Shown: one piece after another, positions 55,337 to 64,000 of the stretch
Numbering within the stretch: position 1 is the stretch's first letter
Layout: each line of letters begins with the position of its first letter
Assembly: GCA_963749495.1 (NCBI GenBank)
Contig: CAVVMW010000004.1
Location: forward strand, 256,001-320,000
Reading direction: 5' to 3'
Length of the DNA: 64,000 bases
Origin: an uncultured bacterium
GTDB taxonomy: Bacteria > Verrucomicrobiota > Verrucomicrobiia > Limisphaerales > UBA8199
The notes under the pieces: generated by a model
Told to the model about the DNA's origin: nothing
Database searches by the model: none
What the model saw: only the letters and a program-made list of their open reading frames with translations
Position numbers and translations under genes: made by a program

Positions 55337-56569
55337 ATGGCGCGAATCCTGCATATCGTAGGTGACTCCAAGTACGGAGGTGGCGGCGTCTTGATCGAAA
55401 GGCTGGCAACGGAAGCCACGAGGCTTGGCCACGAAGTTTTCGTCCTGACAACGGATTCGGTCTTTCAAAAACGTTTGCGGACGGCGGGAGTGGGAGTCGT
55501 GGACTTGGATTGCATCTGGCGCCCCATCCGGCCGATCCGAGACATCGTGGGGCTCATGCGCCTGTGGCGCTATCTGTCGAAACAACGGTACGACATCGTT
55601 CACACACACACGTCGAAGGCCGGATTCGCTGGGCGGCTGGCCGCGCGCTGGGCCGGGGTGCCGGTAATCGTGCATACCGTGCATGGCTTTGCATTCCATG
55701 AAGCGTCATCGAGATGTGCAGTGCTGTTCTACTCGCTGCTGGAACGGGTAGCTGCGCGCTTCTGCGACGCCCTTATAACCGTCAGCCAGTTTCACTGCGA
55801 CTGGGCGGCGCGCCTTCGGATAGGTGACGAGCGGACGCGGATGGCCATCCCGAACGGCATTGACGCTACCCGTGTCAAACCGCAATGCGCGGGGGACGAG
55901 GTTCGCGCCGAGCTTGGGGTACGCGAAGGCGAGATTGTGTGTCTGACCACGGGCCGCCTAGCTAAGCAGAAAGGCATTGACGTTATGATTCGGGCGTTGG
56001 CGGCCATGCCGGACGCGACCAACATTCGTTCCATTCTTGCCGGGGACGGCGAGGAACGCGCGCCACTTGAACAGATGGTCCGGAATCTGGGGCTGGGTCA
56101 GAAGGTTGTCTTCCTGGGGTTCAGAACCGATCTTGGCGATCTCCTCAGAGCTGCGGACATGGTGGTTTTGCCGAGTCTGCGGGAAGGACTTTCGATTTCG
56201 CTTCTGGAGGCGATGGCCGCGGGCAAGCCAATCATCACAACCAACATCGGAAGCAATCTGGAAGTGGTCCGTGAAGGCGAAGTGGCCCGGATCGTGAGCG
56301 CGGGGTGCGCGAGTGAGCTTGCGGACGCCATGGTGAACATGGCGAGTGACACAGAACTGCGAGCGGAACTGGGAAGCAAGGCCTTGGCAGAGTTTGAGCG
56401 AAGCTATCGCGAGGAGTTCATGCTGGGTCAATATATGGCCCTCTACTCGCGTCTGCTGGGTGAAAAAGGCCTTCAACCCCGCAGTTTCCAATCAAGCGTG
56501 TGTCCGGCGCCGTGTAATCCGTTAGGGACGGCCAACTGCAGTGGTCATGACTGCTCACGAGCCGAATAA
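55337..56569 (+). CDS. GT4 glycosyltransferase
   Basis: IVHTHTSKAG, HTVHGF, GRLAKQKG, PSLREGLSISLLEAMA. Confidence 0.93.
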   Translation: MARILHIVGDSKYGGGGVLIERLATEATRLGHEVFVLTTDSVFQKRLRTAGVGVVDLDCIWRPIRPIRDIVGLMRLWRYLSKQRYDIVHTHTSKAGFAGRLAARWAGVPVIVHTVHGFAFHEASSRCAVLFYSLLERVAARFCDALITVSQFHCDWAARLRIGDERTRMAIPNGIDATRVKPQCAGDEVRAELGVREGEIVCLTTGRLAKQKGIDVMIRALAAMPDATNIRSILAGDGEERAPLEQMVRNLGLGQKVVFLGFRTDLGDLLRAADMVVLPSLREGLSISLLEAMAAGKPIITTNIGSNLEVVREGEVARIVSAGCASELADAMVNMASDTELRAELGSKALAEFERSYREEFMLGQYMALYSRLLGEKGLQPRSFQSSVCPAPCNPLGTANCSGHDCSRAE

Positions 56570-57182
56570 GCCGGCGGGACTGAACCTTGGGACGCTGGAG
56601 AGCCGACACATTGAAGATGTGATCCGCATCCACCTTCATGGCTTTCCCAGCTTCTTCCTGAGCTTCCTCGGGCAACGCTTTCTGCGCGAATTCTACGGTT
56701 CGTTTCTTAGGGATCCGGTAGGAATGGCTTTTGTGGCGCGCGATGAGCGTGATGTAGTGGTTGGGACTATCGTTGGGCCGCTAGATCCACGTGGGTTCTT
56801 CAGCAGGTTGCTCCGTCGCCGATGGTGGGCGTTTTGCCAGGCATCTTTGGCGGCGGTGTTGGCCCGCCCGTCAACCGTTCCCCGTTTGATCCGAGCACTG
56901 GCTTACCGCGGTGATGCGCCACGGGGTCCGGTGCGTGCCTTGCTAAGTTCAGTGGTGGTGTCGCCTTCGGCTCAGGGGCACGGAGTGGGCAAAGCTCTCG
57001 TTCTGCGTTGGCTTCAAGAGGCCGGTCAACGCGGAGTTTCAGGTTGTTACCTTACCACCGACGCTGACAACAACGATGCAGTGAACAGGTTTTATCTTTC
57101 GATCGGCTGGAAGCTCGAGTCCACCTACACCACCCGGGAAGGTCGGCAGATGAATCGTTACACATATGATTTTGACCACTGA
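56547..57182 (+). CDS. GNAT family N-acetyltransferase
   Basis: VSPSAQGHGVGKAL acetyl-CoA motif; NDAVNRFYLSIGW. Confidence 0.88.
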   Translation: MTAHEPNKPAGLNLGTLESRHIEDVIRIHLHGFPSFFLSFLGQRFLREFYGSFLRDPVGMAFVARDERDVVVGTIVGPLDPRGFFSRLLRRRWWAFCQASLAAVLARPSTVPRLIRALAYRGDAPRGPVRALLSSVVVSPSAQGHGVGKALVLRWLQEAGQRGVSGCYLTTDADNNDAVNRFYLSIGWKLESTYTTREGRQMNRYTYDFDH

Positions 57183-57206
57183 GACCGACTACCATCCACC
57201 AGCCGC

Positions 57207-58661
57207 ATGATTGTTCCCTTTTATCGCCCCAGCGTCACTCAATCCGAGATGGACGAGGTGTCGGAGTGCCTCAAATCCGGCTGGTTGACGACGGGACCGA
57301 GGGCGAGACAGTTCGAGGGAGAGTTTGCCACTTACATCGGGCGGAACCACGCGGTGGCCCTGAACTCATGCACCGCGGCCCTGCACCTGGCGCTGGAAGC
57401 GATTGGTCTTACGGAACACCAAGCGGTCGTGGTCCCCACGATGACGTTCGCAGCCTCTGGCGAGGTGGTTCGCTATCTGGGCGCCGACCCCATCCTCGTC
57501 GATTGCCGGGAACAGGATTTCAATCTCGATGTCGGAGATGCGGAGCGCCGGATCCTGGAAGCCTTGGGCCGGGACGAGAAGGTCGTGGCGGTCATTCCGG
57601 TCCATTACGGCGGCCAGGTTGGGGACGCCGCCGGGGTGCGGAGGCTCGCGCAGAAGTACCATCTCAAGGTGGTCGAGGATGCGGCGCATTGCTGCCCGGC
57701 GTACTACAGGGGAAAAGCAGAAAATGGAAAGCAGAAAACGGAAAGCACAAAAGCCAAAGTTGAAATTCAGAAAGCGGAAAGCGGAAACCGGAGGACGGAA
57801 GACGCAGGACGGGGGATGGAGGACGGGGGACGGGAGGGAAAAGCTGAAAAGCTGAAAACTGAAATGCTGAAAGGCCCAACTCTCAACTCTCAACTCTCAG
57901 CTCTCAATTACGCCGCCGACGGCTGGAAGCCCGTGGGTGCGGACGCAGACATAACCTGCTTTTCATTTTATGCGAACAAGTGCATCACCACCGGAGAGGG
58001 GGGCATGGCATGCACGGACTCGGAGGAATACGCGGACCGGATGCGGATCATGTCGCTGCACGGGATTTCCAAAGATGCATGGAAGCGGTTCACGGCCGAG
58101 GGCTCGTGGTACTACGAGATCGTCGCTCCCGGCTACAAGTACAACATGACGGATATAGCCGCCGCGATCGGCATTCACCAATTGCGCCGGGCCGATGAGC
58201 TGCATCAGAAGCGGCGCAACATTGCCGCGCTTTACACGCGGCTCCTGGAAGGGGTCGAGGAATTGATTCTTCCCCGCGAGCTGCCAAACCGCATTCACTC
58301 CTGGCATCTCTACGCCATTCGGCTGAACCTGGATCGCCTAACTATCGATCGTGCGCAGGTCATCCAGCGAATGAAGCAACGGGGGATCGGCGCCAGCGTT
58401 CACTGGATGCCGCTCCACATGCACCCGTATTACCGTGAAAAATACGGTTACAAGCCGGAAGACTTCCCGGTCGCGGCAGGTCTCTATCCGCAGCTCGTCA
58501 CGTTGCCTCTCTATCCGGACATGAAGCAGGAGGAGGTCGAGTATGTGTGCGACACTTTGAAATCGATCCTAGCCCGGAACCTCTCCACAGTCCACAGTCC
58601 ACAGTCCAGCCTTCGCTCCTGGGGCAGCTACGGCTGGCAGGCCACCGTCCACGGTCCGTAG
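57207..58661 (+). CDS. DegT/DnrJ/EryC1/StrS aminotransferase with in-frame repeat insertion
   Basis: SGWLTTGP, NSCTAALHLAL, EDAAH, FSFYANKCITTGEGG, GYKYNMTD. Confidence 0.93.
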   Translation: MIVPFYRPSVTQSEMDEVSECLKSGWLTTGPRARQFEGEFATYIGRNHAVALNSCTAALHLALEAIGLTEHQAVVVPTMTFAASGEVVRYLGADPILVDCREQDFNLDVGDAERRILEALGRDEKVVAVIPVHYGGQVGDAAGVRRLAQKYHLKVVEDAAHCCPAYYRGKAENGKQKTESTKAKVEIQKAESGNRRTEDAGRGMEDGGREGKAEKLKTEMLKGPTLNSQLSALNYAADGWKPVGADADITCFSFYANKCITTGEGGMACTDSEEYADRMRIMSLHGISKDAWKRFTAEGSWYYEIVAPGYKYNMTDIAAAIGIHQLRRADELHQKRRNIAALYTRLLEGVEELILPRELPNRIHSWHLYAIRLNLDRLTIDRAQVIQRMKQRGIGASVHWMPLHMHPYYREKYGYKPEDFPVAAGLYPQLVTLPLYPDMKQEEVEYVCDTLKSILARNLSTVHSPQSSLRSWGSYGWQATVHGP

Positions 58662-59165
58662 TCCGCAGTCCCATTTCTGCTTTCTGCCTTCCCAATTTCA
58701 GCTTTGTTTTTCAGATTTCAGATTTCAGATTTCAGATTTCAGCTTTCAGCTTTTTGAGGCTCCGTCCACGGTTCACGGTCCGTAGTCCGCAGTCCCATTT
58801 CTGCTTTCTGCCTTCCCAATTTCAGCTTTGTTTTTCAGATTTCAGATTTCAGATTTCAACTTTCAGCTTTCAGCTTTTTGAGGCTCCGTCCACGGTTCAC
58901 GGTCCGTAATCCGCAGTCCCATTTCTGCTTTCTGCCTTCCCAATTTCAGCTTTGTTTTTCAGATTTCAGATTTCAGATTTCAACTTTCAGCTTTCAGCTT
59001 TTTGAGGCTCCGTCCACGGTTCACGGTCCGTAGTCCGCAGTCCTATTTCTGCTTTCTGCCTTCCCAATTTCAGCTTTGTTTTTCAGATTTCAGATTTCAG
59101 ATTTCAACTTTCAGCTTTCAGCTTTTTGAGGCTCCGTCCACCGTCCACGGTCCGTAGTCCCGCAC
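58644..59165. repeat. Tandem array of four near-identical 124-bp units plus a partial fifth
   Basis: CCGTA(G/A)TCCGCA recurs at 58656, 58780, 58904, 59028 and 59152; each unit is a mosaic of TTTCTGC, TTTCAGA, TTTCAGC and CCACGGT heptamers. Confidence 0.95.
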
Positions 59166-59169
59166 TCAT

Positions 59170-60072
59170 ATGTTCTACATTTTTCTCAAACGGCCATTTG
59201 ACTGCGTTTGTTCCGGCGTGGGGCTTTTACTCCTGCTGCCGGTGGGGCTAGTTGCCGGCCTGTTGATAAAGCTTTGTGATGGCGGCCCCATTTTCTACAG
59301 CCAGATCCGCATTGGCCAATTCGGGGTACCATTTCGCATCTGGAAGTTCCGCACCATGGTTGTCAACGCCGAGCGCCTTGGCCCGGGCATTACGAAGGAC
59401 GGCGACCCGCGCATCATACGCATCGGCCGATTCCTGCGCAAAACCAAGCTCGATGAACTGCCCCAACTCTGGAACGTCCTTCGCGGCGAAATGAGCTTGG
59501 TCGGGCCGCGCCCCGAAGTGCCCGGTTATGTGGCGAAATACACGCCCGAGCAAAGGAAAGTCCTGGCGCTCCAGCCTGGAATCACCGACCTCGCCACCCT
59601 GGAGTTTCGGAATGAGGAAGAGATGCTGAGAGCGGAAAGCAGAAAGCAGAAAGCAGAAAGCAGAAATGCGGAGGGGGGAGCGGGGGATGGGAAAGCTGAA
59701 ATGCTGAGAGGTGAAATGCTGAAATCTGAAATGCTAAAAGGGGAGCAAGGAGCGGAGAACGGAAGACGGAAGACGGAGGACGGAGGACGGAAGACGGAGG
59801 ACGGAGGACTGAAGACGGAGGACGGAAGAGGGAAGACGGAGGACGGAGGAGGGTACAGTTCCGAGGTGGAGAAGTTTTATGTGGAGTATTGCCTGCCGCA
59901 GAAGATTCATCTGAACCTGGCCTACGCCAGCCGGGCGAGTGTTTGGGAGGACACGAAGCTGATCCTCCGAACAGTCTGGGCGCTGGGCGCGAGACGGAGT
60001 GCGCAAGACGGAGGACGGAGGACGGAAGGCAGCGGACTACGGAACTACTATGAGAGCGTAAACAAGGATTGA
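59170..60072 (+). CDS. Bacterial sugar transferase (initiating phosphoglycosyl transferase) with in-frame repeat insertion
   Basis: KRPFD, FRIWKFRTM, DPRI, LRKTKLDELPQLWNVLRGEMSLVGPRPE. Confidence 0.93.
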   Translation: MFYIFLKRPFDCVCSGVGLLLLLPVGLVAGLLIKLCDGGPIFYSQIRIGQFGVPFRIWKFRTMVVNAERLGPGITKDGDPRIIRIGRFLRKTKLDELPQLWNVLRGEMSLVGPRPEVPGYVAKYTPEQRKVLALQPGITDLATLEFRNEEEMLRAESRKQKAESRNAEGGAGDGKAEMLRGEMLKSEMLKGEQGAENGRRKTEDGGRKTEDGGLKTEDGRGKTEDGGGYSSEVEKFYVEYCLPQKIHLNLAYASRASVWEDTKLILRTVWALGARRSAQDGGRRTEGSGLRNYYESVNKD

Positions 60073-60245
60073 AGCCGCGGAATCTGCGGGGCTTCAGGCT
60101 CCGGAACACGGAGGCAGGGGGGCCGAGGACGGAACACGGAGGACGGAAGACGGAGGACCACGGGCCAACGGACTACATGACTATTGGCCACGGGACTACG
60201 GACAACAACAGCCCCACGCAAAGGACTCGAAGGACGCCAAGGCAC

Positions 60246-61052
60246 ATGAAGCAATTCGTTGCACCTTTAGCGGAACCGCTAGGCGCTATCTGGCTGTTCA
60301 TGGCTCTGGGTGCGCTGTGGTTGCTCTGGCGGCGGCAGTGGCGTTGCGCGGTGTGGCTGGGTGTTCCGGCGCTGCTTTTATTCATCGTCGGCAGCACGCC
60401 GGTGGCGGAGACCCTCGTGGCGGGCGTCGAAGCGGGGACGGTGGGCGGGCATCTTACAGGAGCAAACGGAGAGAACCGAGCAGGGAAGACGGAGGACGGA
60501 GGCGGGACGGTGGTGCTGATGCTTGGTGGAGGGTATTACGTTTCGGACAGGGATCCGTATGGGTTCGCGTTGTGCGATGCAGGGAGCCGGGTGCTGACCG
60601 CATTAGAGCTCATTCGGACGGAAAAGGCGTCGGCGCTGGTGCTGGGCGGCAGTCTGCCGGTGCCTGGCAGGCCGGGCGTAACTGCGCCATCACTGCTGGA
60701 GCGCTGGGTCGCAGCGTGGGGCCTGGCCAGGACAGCCTGGGTGGTAACGAACCTCGGTATCTGCATGAACACGCGCGATGAGGCGGTGCAGTTCCGCAAG
60801 CTGGAGAAGGCATATCGCTGGCGGAAGGTGCTGCTGGTCACCTCCGCGCTGCATATTCCGCGTTCGGTGGGGTTGTTTAGGAAGCAGGGGATCGAGGTGG
60901 AACCAGTGGCGTGTGATTTCCAGGCTTATGGTGTTCCCGGCGCGCGACTCTCCTTTTCGCCTTTTCCCAGGCAGCGCCGGTTCCAAATGTTAGGGCTTTA
61001 CCTTCACGAGAAGATCGGGTGGTGGGTGTATCGGGCGAGGGGTTGGGTGTGA
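60246..61052 (+). CDS. YdcF/DUF218 (ElyC-like) family protein
   Basis: VLMLGGG, NTRDEA, LLVTSALHIPRS, HEKIG. Confidence 0.85.
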   Translation: MKQFVAPLAEPLGAIWLFMALGALWLLWRRQWRCAVWLGVPALLLFIVGSTPVAETLVAGVEAGTVGGHLTGANGENRAGKTEDGGGTVVLMLGGGYYVSDRDPYGFALCDAGSRVLTALELIRTEKASALVLGGSLPVPGRPGVTAPSLLERWVAAWGLARTAWVVTNLGICMNTRDEAVQFRKLEKAYRWRKVLLVTSALHIPRSVGLFRKQGIEVEPVACDFQAYGVPGARLSFSPFPRQRRFQMLGLYLHEKIGWWVYRARGWV

Positions 61053-61164
61053 GGGGAGCGGAGGGGGACCGAGGACGGAGGCGCGGAAAAGCAAAAATCA
61101 GAAAGCAGAAAATAGAAATGGGAGCACAGACAACGTACCACTGTCCGCAGAAGCAAGGGCCTAC

Positions 61165-63297
61165 GTGACTAGAGACCACAAGACAACGGGGGACGGAGGA
61201 CGGAAGACGGAGTACGGAGGAGTCCGTTTGCGTCTAATCATCCGGAGGCTTATCGTTGCCGGGATAGCGGCCTGCGCGCTGGCTGTCTGCCGATGGCTGG
61301 CTTACGAATTCCGTTTCGATTTTGACGTGCCCCTGGATTGCCAGGTGCAATTGAACTGCCATTGGGTTTGGGTCATCCCTTTGCAGTTGGGCTGCCTCCT
61401 CTTGTTTCGCCAGTTCTCCGGAATCTACAAGTACTTCAGCCTGCCTGAGATTCGGCAGCTTGCTTACGCGATGGCTCTTTCCGGTGTGTCGCTCTATGCC
61501 TTGCGTTTCCTGGATGTCGGTTTCTCTCCGCCCAGGGGAGTCATCCTGGTGCAAACCATGATGGGTTTCCTGGCGCTCGGGGCCATGCGGTCGGCTTGGC
61601 GCGAGGTGCACGAGCAATACTTTTCCCGCAAGAATCACTATTGTTGTGGCGAGAGCAAGGTAGCCATTATCGGGGCAGGCGATGTCGGGGCCAGCCTGGT
61701 CCGGGAACTCGGTGCTCGCCCCAATCTTGGCCTGGTGCCGGTGGTCTTCCTGGACGATGACCGCAAGAAATGGGGCTCCAGAATTCATGGTGTGCCGGTG
61801 GTCGGCGCGCCGGAGCAGATCCAGCGCCAAAAGGAGAAGCTGGGCCTGGAACAGGTCGTCATCGCGATGCCCACATGCACGGCGAAACGCCTGGGCGAGG
61901 TTGTCGCCATCCTCCAAAAGGCGCGCTTGAAATATGTGACCGTCCCAAGCATTGATCAGCTCACGTCCGGCAGTGTCAGCGTCAGCCAGTTGCGCCCGGT
62001 GAAAATCGAGGACCTGCTCGGACGCGAATCGATCAATTTGAGGGCGGACCAGATTGCCGGCGTGCTCAAGGATAGGACGGTGATGGTGACCGGCGCCGGC
62101 GGGAGCATTGGGTGCGAACTCTGCCGCCAGGTGGCCGGCTTTGGGCTCCGCTGCTTGCTGCTCGTCGATCAATCGGAAGTGCAGTTGTTTCAGGTCGAGC
62201 AGGAGCTTATCAAACTGGGCCACGGCAGCATCATTGTGCCGGTCATTGCCGATATTCTCGACCAGCCACGGATGCAGGCCGTCATGCGGCAGCATCACCC
62301 GGCGATTATTTTCCATGCGGCCGCCCACAAGCACGTGGGCATGATGGAAATGCAGCCCGGCGAGGCCATCAAGAATAATGTGTTGGGGACGGCGGCCATG
62401 GCCAGGCTGGCGCTCAAGTATGGGGTGGAACGATTTGTCTTGATCTCGACGGATAAGGCGGTCAACCCCACCAGCGTGATGGGCGCCAGCAAACGCCTGG
62501 CCGAGGTCTTCCTCCAGGCCTTTGCCCGGGAGCATGAGGGCAAAACCAAGTTTGTGGCGGTGCGGTTTGGCAATGTGCTCGGTTCGTCCGGCAGCGTGGT
62601 CCCGATCTTCGAGCGCCAGATAGCCGAAGGCGGCCCGATCACCGTGACGCATCCGGAAGTGGTTCGCTATTTCATGACTATTCCCGAGGCCGTGGGTTTG
62701 GTCTTGCAGAGCTGCGCACAGGGCGAGGGCGGGGAGATCTTTGTCCTGGACATGGGCAAGCCGGTCCGGATCGTCGAGCTGGCCCGCCAGATGGTGAGGC
62801 TCTCCGGCTTGCAGCCCGACCGCGACATCGAGATCAAGTTCATCGGGCTCAGGCCCGGCGAAAAGCTCTGTGAAGAGCTAAAGCATTTGCAGGCCAACTG
62901 CGCGGACACCGCCCACCCCCGCATTAAGCGGCTCACGAGCCCGCCGGCGCGGCTGGAGGAGGTGCGAGCGGCGTTGTACGGGTTCAATGGGGCGCTGTAC
63001 TCGGCGTCGCCCGATGAACTTAAACGGATACTGAAGAGGATCCTGCCCGAATACGTGCCGTGTCTCACTTCCGGCGACGGAAGCGACGGCGCTGCCGAAC
63101 CGGCAGGACATGCACCAACTGCGGCGGCAGGCTTCCGTCCTCGTGCGATTCCCACCGGCAAACCTGGCGCCGATCCAGGATTGGTGCGGACCCGGCCCAA
63201 ACCGAATTTCGTCCCTTCTTCGTTGGAGGTGGTCGTCGCGGCCGATGCCGACCCAACCGCACTCCGTCTTCGAGTGCAAACCGAACGCAAAAGTTGA
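61165..63297 (+). CDS. Membrane-anchored UDP-GlcNAc 4,6-dehydratase (CapD/PglF family)
   Basis: IEDLLGR, VTGAGGSIG, HAAAHKHV, ISTDKAVNPTSVMGASKR, VRFGNVLGSSGSV, GLRPGEKL. Confidence 0.95.
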   Translation: MTRDHKTTGDGGRKTEYGGVRLRLIIRRLIVAGIAACALAVCRWLAYEFRFDFDVPLDCQVQLNCHWVWVIPLQLGCLLLFRQFSGIYKYFSLPEIRQLAYAMALSGVSLYALRFLDVGFSPPRGVILVQTMMGFLALGAMRSAWREVHEQYFSRKNHYCCGESKVAIIGAGDVGASLVRELGARPNLGLVPVVFLDDDRKKWGSRIHGVPVVGAPEQIQRQKEKLGLEQVVIAMPTCTAKRLGEVVAILQKARLKYVTVPSIDQLTSGSVSVSQLRPVKIEDLLGRESINLRADQIAGVLKDRTVMVTGAGGSIGCELCRQVAGFGLRCLLLVDQSEVQLFQVEQELIKLGHGSIIVPVIADILDQPRMQAVMRQHHPAIIFHAAAHKHVGMMEMQPGEAIKNNVLGTAAMARLALKYGVERFVLISTDKAVNPTSVMGASKRLAEVFLQAFAREHEGKTKFVAVRFGNVLGSSGSVVPIFERQIAEGGPITVTHPEVVRYFMTIPEAVGLVLQSCAQGEGGEIFVLDMGKPVRIVELARQMVRLSGLQPDRDIEIKFIGLRPGEKLCEELKHLQANCADTAHPRIKRLTSPPARLEEVRAALYGFNGALYSASPDELKRILKRILPEYVPCLTSGDGSDGAAEPAGHAPTAAAGFRPRAIPTGKPGADPGLVRTRPKPNFVPSSLEVVVAADADPTALRLRVQTERKS

Positions 63298-63389
63298 CCG
63301 CGGCACGAACCGGGCAATTCCACATCTCCACCCGAATCAGCTAAAACCCGTTTTCCGGAAACCGACAACAATCCTAACGCAACCCAGGC

Positions 63390-63460
63390 GGCCCATCTGT
63401 GCGGGTGGGCCTTTTTCTTTTTCGCCAGGTGGCCCTCTCTCCCAGAGGGCCATTTTCATT
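63390..63460 (+). terminator. Two tandem hairpins with T-tracts (intrinsic terminators)
   Basis: ggcccatc..ggtgggcc-tttttcttttt and ggccctct..agagggcc-attttcattt after the last EPS gene. Confidence 0.75.
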
Positions 63461-63574
63461 TCTGCGTAAGCGGCTGATTGGACTGCGTGACAACAGAAGG
63501 AAGCGGAGGTAACGAAGGGGTTTTAGGGAAAAGTTGAAATATGAAATCTGGGAAACTGAAATAAACTGCGGCTT

Positions 63575-63634
63575 TCAGCGTTCAGCGCTTCCGCTCACCC
63601 ACCAGACCCAAATGTGGGTGTCGAGGACGATCAT
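63575..63634 (-). pseudogene. VapC/PIN toxin N-terminal stub (19 aa)
   Basis: MIVLDTHIWVWWVSGSAER*; ATGA overlap with the antitoxin stop; the stop lies in GCTGAAC-GCTGAAA heptamers. Confidence 0.75.
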
Positions 63635-63834
63635 TTCGCCGCTTCCCAGTCTTCTGCGGCAACAGGCGCAAGCGGCTGCTCATATTTCAATACAGACCCC
63701 TTGAGTGGTTGCTCTGTGACGGGCGTGGCGGATGAAACAAAGACATGAACCGCCTCTCCTTCGGAAAACGGCACATGGTCCAAGTGAAGCTTGCCATCCT
63801 TTTCAACCACAATTTCCGCATGGAACGTTTGCAC
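63631..63834 (-). CDS. Putative antitoxin (67 aa) of a PIN-type TA pair
   Basis: GTG start; QTFHAEIVVEKDGKLHLDHVPFSEGEAVHVFV...PLKGSVLKYEQPLAPVAAEDWEA, coupled to the PIN stub. Confidence 0.65.
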   Translation of the reverse strand: MQTFHAEIVVEKDGKLHLDHVPFSEGEAVHVFVSSATPVTEQPLKGSVLKYEQPLAPVAAEDWEAAK

Positions 63835-64000
63835 AACGAAAAGAGCGTACCCCACATTCTCCGGTTCGACAAGCGCGGAATAGGCGGTCTGGAGCAGCCT
63901 CGTGAATGCGGGGGAGAAAGCGATTGATTGGGGGCCGTGACGGGGCAATCAATCGCCGTGGGGCCGCGCGGACCCTGAGAGCGCAGTGGTCCAGTAGTCA

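Noticed and set aside
58644..59165. CRISPR array
   Set aside because: Units are near-identical along their whole 124 bp, with no unique spacers and no cas genes in the window.

Overview
GC-rich bacterial chromosome window. Gene content and style suggest Verrucomicrobiota subdivision 3 (Pedosphaera/Limisphaera-like); this is an inference, not a database result. Four blocks: (i) 1-5 kb housekeeping: RodZ-like HTH, addA, tRNA-Ser(GGA). (ii) 5-11.5 kb secreted LTD/CotH protein and a prepilin/GspF-PilC/PilX-like trio. (iii) 11.5-36 kb dense two-component signalling island: TonB receptor-YfiR-kinase module, adenylate cyclase, several hybrid kinases, FliA-type sigma factor, LuxR and AraC regulators, with clear duplication and deletion scars. 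(iv) 36.5-63.3 kb Wzx/Wzy exopolysaccharide locus. The most striking unexplained signal is a family of short, mostly 7-nt tandem repeats. Between wza and wzc they form three copies of a palindromic site, (AAAGCTG)n-AAATTAATTT-(TTTCTGC-type)n. Each copy sits right after a stop codon and separates small cassette-like genes: an antitoxin plus truncated ParE, a PD-(D/E)XK protein, and a four-helix-bundle (IVP/Avd-like) protein. Related repeats are inserted in frame in addA, wza, a DegT aminotransferase, a sugar transferase and a YdcF-like gene, and they build a 4x124-bp tandem array. About a dozen single-base frameshifts, many in short homopolymers, look like sequencing or assembly errors, so most split genes are treated as probably intact.
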